A stretch of DNA of 62,833 nt. Origin: Vermamoeba vermiformis. Lineage: Eukaryota. Position 1 is the stretch's first letter. The number at the start of each line of letters is the position of its first letter. Below are positions 54,981 to 62,833 of the stretch, in pieces. Made by a program: the position numbers and the translations under genes. Below the pieces are notes generated by a model. It was not told the DNA's origin and made no database searches. It was given only the letters and a program-made list of their open reading frames with translations. The stretch is from the NCBI GenBank assembly GCA_045837725.1, contig JBEWZL010000227.1:310001-372833 (forward strand), read 5' to 3'.

Positions 54981-56378
54981 CTAAAACTCTCCACTGAACT
55001 GTGCGTTGTTTCTGTTCTCTTGTTTAGTTTGCTCACACGCGGCACAGCCCATGGTCAGTCCTTTGAACTCGTGACATTCAGCACAGGTCCAAAAGCCGTG
55101 TTCTTCGGCTTCACTCCACGTGTCATGCACGACGAGTGGCGTGCCTTCATTGAGCCAATCCACGACCCACGCACGATGTCTGTCCACATGACCGAACACC
55201 ACTGCCCCGCTCGGTGCGTGTTGAATGATCAAGCGCAGTGATTTGAGTGGTGCCAGTGAGGGATAGCGCGCCACGAGTCCGCTCAACACGGCCCAGTTGT
55301 ACTTGGCACTGAACTTCTCGCCCGCTGTGCCGTAGATCTGAGCTAATGCACGCCACGTGGCCATCAATGCGCCAATCCGATCACGTGATCGACCAAGTGC
55401 AGTGACCAGGGCCAGTTCAGCCTCTTTCCAATTGTTCAGCTGTGCAGCTGTGCGTCCTAGACCACGCAGCGCTCGTTGATGTGTGAGCGGAACGGTCGGA
55501 TCTGTGTCATCAGCGAGCACGTGATTGTTGGCATCAAACCACGTGACAATCTCGCGGTACAATCTCGCTGCTTCTGAAATGTCATTGTGTTTTTCACAGA
55601 GTTCTGCTGCCTCGAGTCGAACGAACTGAAGTTCAGTGTTGACAGGTGTCAAAGTCGATGTTTGGCGTAAATACCTGCCGGGCATGTTAATCGAGGACTC
55701 GCCGTGAATTATTAACCCATATTCTTACACGTGGTAGAATGCCAAGAGCTCCGGATCTGTCATGTGTTTGTTGACACGGCCGAGAATAGGTATTAACGGC
55801 AAGAGTTCCTCGGGTGTGTTTAGACCATGTAGCAGTGCAGAGAATATTAGGGCATTAAAGTAGCGACCTGGCTTGGGTGGTGAGACTGGCACAAACAGAT
55901 GGCGGTAATGCAATTTTGGATGCAGGTACAACCCAAGAACAACCTAAAAATGCATAAAATTAAATTCTGATAATTAAAATGTAGCCTAATTTCACGTACA
56001 TCGTCTTCGAATTGCGTTGCTATTGCGTGTACAATGGGATCAGGTAATTGCAGTTGTTTTTGTAGCTCTCCCAACCGTTGTTTGGGCAATATTTTCACAT
56101 CTTTTACTGTGGGCAGTGTTTGCAATTTATTTTGAAATATTTTAACGCACTTCTTCAATTCTTCCTTCTGTAAATTTAATATTTAATTTAATAAACTGAG
56201 GAACCAGGAGATCCGGTACAAATACCAACCTTCTAACATATTCAGTATTTACACAAGTGCATGAATGCTGGTAATCCTTGCGTGTTGGTGTAAATTTTGT
56301 TGTGTAAAAACTTCCTTCGTTGGTTACCAACCGTTTTTTACCCAACTGTCGAACATTTGCCTCCAGCAGTACATTCAT
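54981..56378 (-). CDS. Hypothetical protein with TPR-like helices and a C-terminal C4 zinc-finger-like motif
   Basis: Spliced ORF pieces 56142-56378, 55847-56158, 55725-55931 and 54981-55685. ALRGLGRTAAQLNNWKEAELALVTAL is TPR-like. WTCAECHEFKGLTMGCAAC has RanBP2-like spacing. Confidence 0.6.
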
Positions 56379-56574
56379 ATTCTCTTCTTTGTCGCCGCTC
56401 AGCGCACATAAATAAGACTTGATATGCGAACTCGGTAGTGCTTATGATGTAGAGTGGAAATAATAGCGGCAAGTCGAACATTAAATTTGCAGATTTACTC
56501 AACACAATTGTCGCTATTGTGGTACAATACGAGCGCTTAAATAAAGATAAATTTAATAGGAGAGCAGGCTAGTG

Positions 56575-57058
56575 TTATTCTTCGTCATAGCGATCCTCTG
56601 AACTGGACTCATCTTCAGCCGCAGCTTTCGCCCAGTCAAGTGCCACCTGATTGAACCACGAAGGAAGTGGTACTGACAGTAGAATAGGTGGTTGTAATAC
56701 TCTCTTTCTGCACGCTCTTGGGTCGATGAGTGTGCCGCAGTCAATGTGATGGACGAGCAGCAATAAAAATCCGTAGAAATCGTGCTCAGGGATGCCAAAG
56801 TACTCTTTGACAACTGCTGACATGTCTCTAAGACCCTCGTGTGTTTTGTATGGTCTTGTATCATTGCCTATTGAACAATAAATCAGTACGAGGATCAATC
56901 AAAAATTGGGTCTTACCATCATAGGCGTTGACCGAGTATATTGCAGTAAATTCCAGCATCGTATCGGGCTCAGCGTAGCTTTTTTGAAGTTTAACAGATA
57001 ACTTAAAGTCTTCCGAACCGTTGTTTTCAATTCGAGTTTTGTACTGGATGTGACACTT
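56575..57058 (-). CDS. Hypothetical protein, possibly the 3' part of a gene interrupted by the transposon
   Basis: Two exons (~57058-56918 and ~56868-56575) join in frame (AYD-G-NDTRP). The frame stays open up to the CACTG terminus at 57059 with no ATG at its 5' end. Confidence 0.5.
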
Positions 57059-57145
57059 CACTGTGGTTAAAACACAATGTTTTTTAAAAAAAACAATGTT
57101 CGTAATAAAAAACCAGTGTTTATTTTAGTACATGATGTGTTATTC
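57059..57145 (+). repeat. Left TIR and subterminal repeats
   Basis: CACTG start, then AAAACACAATGTTTTT, AAAACAATGTT and AAACCAGTGTTT. Confidence 0.7.
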
Positions 57146-60100
57146 AAATTCCGTACAAAGTAAAAAATAATTTTGCCGTAGTTCAGCGTCCGCCATAGTG
57201 TGATTGTTCAGAAAATGAAAGCGCAGATCCGACGGAACGACGACCACTTGTTGGGAAACGGCATCGGAAGGGACAACAATTGGCATGTCAACTTGCAATA
57301 ACGGCAAGTGCGTTACGGGATCTTTGTGCCCCAAGTTTTTGTATTGAAGCTAATTATCGATTAGTATTTTTGTTCGTAAAAAAAATAACAACTTACCGCA
57401 TAGATCCAATATCGACCATGATAAAGTATGACGTATTGAGTACGGGCAATGTAAGATGTATTCCGTCTAATAAATTGGAAATAATAATTGCGCTTCAGAT
57501 CAAAGTGGCGCAGTTGAATACCTTCATAGCTGGTGGCTATGAAATCGAAATTTTCCGGAAAATCAAGATCGAACCATGCGTAATACTTTTCAAACAAATG
57601 GAACATGTGATTGTCGAAGGTAAGGAGGTTAATTTTACCGGTGGCCTGAATTTTTTCGTCTTCCGATGAAGCTTGGCACAACTGTGATGCTTTTCGTAGT
57701 TCTGTTTAATGTAAATAAAGGAATAAAGGCAAATATTGGTTTTACCTGATATCTGAAGCAAGTGATAAAATACGTCCGTCGAATTCGTATTGATTGTCTT
57801 AATGCTGCGGTTGTCTCGCTCAGGTGTGAAGCAATGAAGCCAACCAGGCTTTCCTTGGTTACGGAACTGATCAACTACATGCGCAACTGCGTAATTATAA
57901 GTATTAGAAACGAAAAAATTCACGGTAAATTATTCCGTACCTTCCACGTGGGTTTTAGAGGTGATGAACGAGTCGCCATATAAAAGTATGTGAAGCCTAG
58001 TTATGTTTTCGAGATTTTGCTTTACATCATTGAGGTTACCGAGCTAGAATATGTCAGATCTGATCGCGCAAACGATTTTTTACTTACACTGAGTGGGGAG
58101 TGCGAAGTTGCCCGTAAATAGAATAAACAATATTCTCTAATACCAACGTAGTGATCGAAATAGGTGTGAGTTGCCTCCAAACCGAAATACTGTTGCAGAT
58201 CGACCGGGATTTGTTTTCGAATGCCAATTCGACAATTGCACGGAGTTTTTGGTAGAAACACTGCAAGAACAGGTATTGCTAATCGTAACCAAAGGAACAT
58301 CTGATGCCCACTGGTCAAAGAATCGTTAGATCTTGAAGGCAGATTCGATCGTGCACAATATTGACAGCGAATTAGGAAAAGCGGAGCAGAATGATTAATA
58401 AACTTTAAAAATATAATTGAATTTTCGTTGAGGGTAAAAGTAATATTATTTGAACGGAGAATTTTACGTCAAACTTTTTTTCATACCTGAAATACGGATG
58501 TCTATCAACAAAATTAACTAATCTCTCATCATCGCTTCGCATGGGGATATTTCCGACGATCATGTTAATTTCTGCAAGGTCCTGTTTTGTAAATAACGCG
58601 TATTTGACCTCACGGGTGTCGTGCATGAAGATCTGCTGCGTTAGCTTCTTCAATTCGCCTTCCAAACATGTGTGAAAGAAATCAAAAAAGATTGTTGATG
58701 TATCAAAGGAGGGAAGATTCCAAAATACGGAGCAATCTGAAAGATGGTAAGCAGAGAATTTCGTGTGCAAGATCTCACGTACCGTTTATACCAAAAAAAG
58801 TGCTCAGGAACGAAGATGCATAGTTTGGGAGTCGATTGTTGGCGATTTGAATAAATGCAGCGTTGTCTCGAGTGTTAGTTCTTGGTGGTGTAGCAAACAC
58901 ATCCGATCGGTCACCGAAACAGTGCATGCACCATCGTTTTAGCTTTGAATAACCACCCTCCTGCGGTATGTGTTATTATGAAACAATACTGGCATATATT
59001 TCAATACCTTGAAGCACGTTATGTTTGAAATTGCTGGTAAATCTCCGATAATTCCAAAATAATCCGCTTTGCATAGAAATTGCTCCGACTTGAAGGCGTC
59101 AACAACTTGAATTCCATTCACGCGAAGGTCTTTTAGTTCGTCGACGAAGCGCTCCATAAAGAAATTGACTCCTAAGTAAAAAATTAATAAGTGTGGACTA
59201 GCGGCGGAACTTTTTACCTTTTTCCTTCAGCAAAAAACCCGGAATGAATGCCAAATCCCACCAGTTCGCCATGTCAGCTCGATAAGCTTTACCAAGAGAT
59301 ACTGGAATGCAACGAAGTACCCACACGTTCTTCCACGTCAAGTTCACTTGTCGATTTCTGCACACTTTGTCGACATAAAACAGCAGAAGCAAATTTCGAG
59401 CGTCTTGTTGCATTATTGGGTTTTCGGTAAAGCGTGGAAGGTCGTGAAGATCGTGCATGCTGTTAACATTCACCGCGCGAGAAGCCTGCCATGTTTGAAG
59501 CTTTCGACTGTATTCAGGAATGCTAAAGCAGCGGCGAATGTGGTCTTTGATTCTAAATATTACAAAATGAGGTGCTATTCTCAATTAGTTTGTGAGACTT
59601 ACGTTATGAATCCAATTTTGATTCGTTGAGCGCGACCGGCGAAATTTGTATCGATATACCACGGGTGGGGAGTCAGACAGTAGCCATTGCTCTTGAATGA
59701 ATTTTCGAACGCTCTGATATCAGCGTATCTGATCATTTCATCCTTAGCGGCAGCCTTTTGGGCTAACTCAAGGATCTGGATCAACTGCCAACGAGGAACT
59801 CGCCATAGTCGATGTAGGGTCATTAATTCAAAAGTGATTTTTTGTCTTTCATCAAGCGTTGCAATAACTAAAATGAGAATTAATAACCAAATATGTATTT
59901 TCCTAACTGTACGTACTTGGTTCAGTTATTTGTAGTTGGTCATCCGCTGGCGCTTGAAAGTCTTCCGCGACAGCTTGAAGAATGTCCTCTTCCATTATAT
60001 CATCACTGTCCGATGAAACATCCTTCAACAATATGGTGAGTACTTTCTTAATTGGTTAAGTAACACGTACCGCTAAGATGTGAATTGTTCCGTAATGAGT

Positions 60101-60157
60101 AGCTAAGCGATCATAGCGATCGCACGTATAGGGGCATTTGGGGCAATAATAAGTCAT
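57140..60157 (-). CDS. EnSpm/CACTA-type DDE transposase with an N-terminal C2H2 finger
   Basis: MTYYCPKCPYTC...H...H, LLLLFYVD (first D), FMERFVDELKDL...G, IIGDLPA (second D), WCMHC, DFFH-x-x-LEG, YG...ITSKTH and HVVDQFRNQGKP...FTPERDN (E). About 10 exons join in frame; one donor (GTCGCG) is weak. Confidence 0.9.
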
Positions 60158-60454
60158 ATTGAAGCGTTGTGATTTGTGTTGTTTTGTTTGAAAAAATTGT
60201 TTTATAACAAAATGTTTGGGTTAGTGCTCCAGTAAATTTCCTTCAAATTCACCGTAATAGGAAGATTCTGTATTTGTCCGGGGTTATCATTCCAATGCGT
60301 TTATTAACGCTGATAATCCTTGTGGATTGGAGTATCCCCAATGCCGAAAACAAGCTCCGTGGATCGAATGGTTTTTCACCATTACAAGTAAACATGGAAA
60401 CAATAAAAGCGGAAAACAATTCGATTTTATTCAATACCAACAACATTAACAACC

Positions 60455-62496
60455 ATGTCCTCATTTTATACTTCAATGGGTCGCCGATCTGTCATTATGT
60501 CGGGGATCACGAAACATTCCAGGGTAAGCAAATAATCGTTAGTTAAATTAAATATCTAATATTATATTAATACTATAGGAGCTAACACTGCTTTTGCGGG
60601 ATCTAAAAAAAGATCTGAATCGAAAATTTATTATGTCAATCAAACATCTACAAACGATTCCCAACACAATCTATCGAGACAGCGAGTTTTACAATGGTAA
60701 ATAATTTATCCTAGTTCTAAACAAAATATTAATCGTATTTAAATAGAAAATATTCGCAACAACGACTTCGCTGACGTTATCAAGAAGTTTATTGCTTCTC
60801 GTACATCAAAAGAGTTCAGAAATGCACTCGAGTCGGGTATGGGCATCAAGATTCTGCAGCGAATCATACGAAACCGCATGTGGGAGTTCCTCCGTGGTCG
60901 ATTGCGACAATACCACGTGGTAAGTTGAATTTACCTTATTTGGCAAACGTTGTAACTTATTGTACAAGCACGGATTGCAACATTTCCTTGGTAATGACTT
61001 CGACGACATCGATGACGAAGACATGGACGATGATGCCAATGCTGAAAACGACGAAATGTCTGACTGGTGCGTAACATTAAGTTTAAATCTATTGATAACA
61101 CGTTTGTAAAGCGAGTCGCCACCAGTTTCGCCCAAGCCTGGTACGAAGCAAGTGACCAAGTCAAATGGTTCTCCTCAACCGCCCAGCCCTCCTCACCGTA
61201 CACGTGCGACAACGCTAAAGGCCACTCAATCGTCATCTCCCAGCACTGGAAATCACAATGGTGTTGCCAACACTGTGCAACCTGCTGCCTCGAACACTAA
61301 TCAACGGTTCACGTCAAAATCCAAGTCTCCTCGTGGTCCAAACAACAACACGCCTCCCGATTCACCACGAACGAATGAGAAGCCATCGACGGAGCCAAAA
61401 AGAAAACAACAGGGTAAAGCCAAGTCACTTCCATCTGAAGAGCCAACCACTCAGTAAGTTTGACGAAATTACGATCGTAATTGACGCATACTAAATAACT
61501 ATCAGGAATGCGTCCGAGAAATTGATGTTGTTGGTTACGTTCGACAGCGCTCCAGAATATCACTTCGATATTACAAACACCAATGAGTTACGACTGGTCG
61601 GTAGCGATCAAATATTTACACCTCCTTCAACTGGCTCCACTTCAATGTTAATTGGTTCCTACAACCTTGCGGTAAGCATCGGTGCAATTTTGATCGTTGT
61701 TAACGCAAATTATGACTTAGGGCCTGGTTGCACTTTCTGGCTGCGCTTTCAAGGTACGGAAACTTCGTCAAAATAAATTCTAATTGCATTTAAGAGCATT
61801 CTTATGCTGACAACAAGACAACGAGTGTCGTTGATGTTTTCGACGGAAGGAGATGAGTTTTTTTCCGTTGCTGCACCATACGTTGATCGAAACACCCGCT
61901 TTTATGCTGTAAGTTAGCCTGCTTAATGATATGAAATAGTAATCTCTGCTAGACGGCGATCGATCTATCATTCGCTTCAGAAACCGTTTTGACGCCTGAA
62001 AGGCTTCAGCGACGCTTTCACGTATGTATTACGCTGCTATTCAAACTAAGACTCACCAAGAATCAGATGTTCCTGTGCATGCTCTCCGCTTACGCGTTCA
62101 AAAACGCTCCGAAGAAATTTATACCTCTATTGAAGAGCACGTTCGCAATTGATATACCTGTGAGTTACCATCAATTTCACTGCCACTTTCTAACGATAAC
62201 AGGATTTGACTCGCGATGCCTTAATCGCTGCCATATCAGAACTGCCCTTTGCGACAATCCGAGACAGTTGCTACAAGTTCGTTCACAATGCAGCATCGAT
62301 GTTCGATCTTCAAGTGATGCCTTCATTCACCTTGATGAACGCACGCTCGGGAGCGATTGAAGAAGTTCAACCGTCGCAGAACGATTATGAAAAAACATTA
62401 ATGCATATTGGTGTCAATCTGCTTGCTCCTGAAGACGCGCACAACGCTGCATATCCGATGACAGAAGCGTTATTTCAAGTAATGCACAATTATTAG
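60455..62496 (+). CDS. Transposon accessory protein (second ORF, TnpA-like by position), function unknown
   Basis: About 11 exons join in frame from ATG 60455. They encode a basic helical N-terminus (ELTLLLRDLKK...IIRNRMWEFLRGRLR), an acidic tract, a Pro/Ser/Thr linker and a globular C-terminus. The gene lies between the two termini. Confidence 0.7.
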
Positions 62497-62694
62497 AACT
62501 GATTAACTAATTAGTTCGTAGAGAGTTGTCCTGTTAAAAGAGAGTGCTGTTTCTTCGACAAAACAGTTCCGTGAGCTCTTCAACGATGTTTCCGCTCTTT
62601 TTAACTAACGACCAGCTGCTGGCATGTTTCTAACTCTTCTTTAATTATAATTTTTAAATATACATTGAGAACTATTAATTATTAATATAAGAAA

Positions 62695-62833
62695 AATAAT
62701 AACAAACGCTTGTAATAATATCTATTGTATTTTTAAACACTGTTTATTAAAACGTTGTTTCCAATAAACACAAGTTTTTTAAACACAGTTTTCCTGGCAG
62801 GATTTTTCATTCGAAAAACAGCGTGTTTTACAC
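62695..62833 (-). repeat. Right subterminal repeats and partial TIR
   Basis: On the + strand: AAACACTGTTT, AAACGTTGTTT, AAACACAAGTTTTT, AAACACAGTTTT and AAAACAGCGTGTTTTACAC. Confidence 0.65.

Larger units (their letters stand above)
57059..62833. mobile_element. CACTA/EnSpm (CMC superfamily)-like DNA transposon with two divergent genes; the right terminus reaches the window edge
   Basis: The left end is CACTGTGGTTAAAACACAATGTTTTT. The reverse complement of the window end, GTGTAAAACACGCTGTTTTT, is similar. Subterminal AAAC...GTTT motifs cluster at both ends, and an internal transposase is present. Confidence 0.85.

Noticed and set aside
59580-59602. Possible 23-28 nt mini-intron or inactivating lesion in the transposase
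   Set aside because: A ~62-nt intron from an upstream GTCGCG donor to AATAG keeps the frame and fits normal intron size. It remains unverified without cDNA.
60274-60546. 90 aa ORF as the first exon of the transposon accessory gene
   Set aside because: Splicing from this frame creates a TGA at a later junction. The frame starting at ATG 60455 stays open through all exons.

Overview
Gene-dense, intron-rich eukaryotic genomic DNA with short GT-AG introns (mostly 45-300 nt) and the standard genetic code. The gene set (SH2-like, GATA, PA-7TM, HIND-bearing Prp38) suggests an amoebozoan-type protist, which is inference. I spliced about 25 protein-coding genes by hand, so the spans given include introns. 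They are: archaemetzincin, an SH2-like protein, a secreted Cys-rich protein, two tandem PA-like/7TM receptors, phosphatidylserine synthase, a PH protein, cyclophilin, Prp38, a divergent intronless actin, a PhyH dioxygenase, a PHD/winged-helix protein, a vWA protein, a doubled PDI-like protein, a karyopherin-beta derivative, PFKFB, CENP-H, Vti1, GATA, ATG7, RBM28 and a TPR/zinc-finger protein. There is one tRNA-Ser(CGA) with rearranged relics nearby. The last 5.8 kb is an apparently intact two-gene CACTA/EnSpm-like DNA transposon. The most unusual item is the importin-4/5-like gene (35790-40021). Six small upstream exons add an F-box-like motif and an RGG box, the N-terminal HEAT region looks shortened, and four nucleoporin-type FNFG repeats are inserted in a HEAT loop. 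The palindrome TGACACGTGTCA also recurs in 3'-proximal introns. All homology calls are motif recognition from memory, not database searches.
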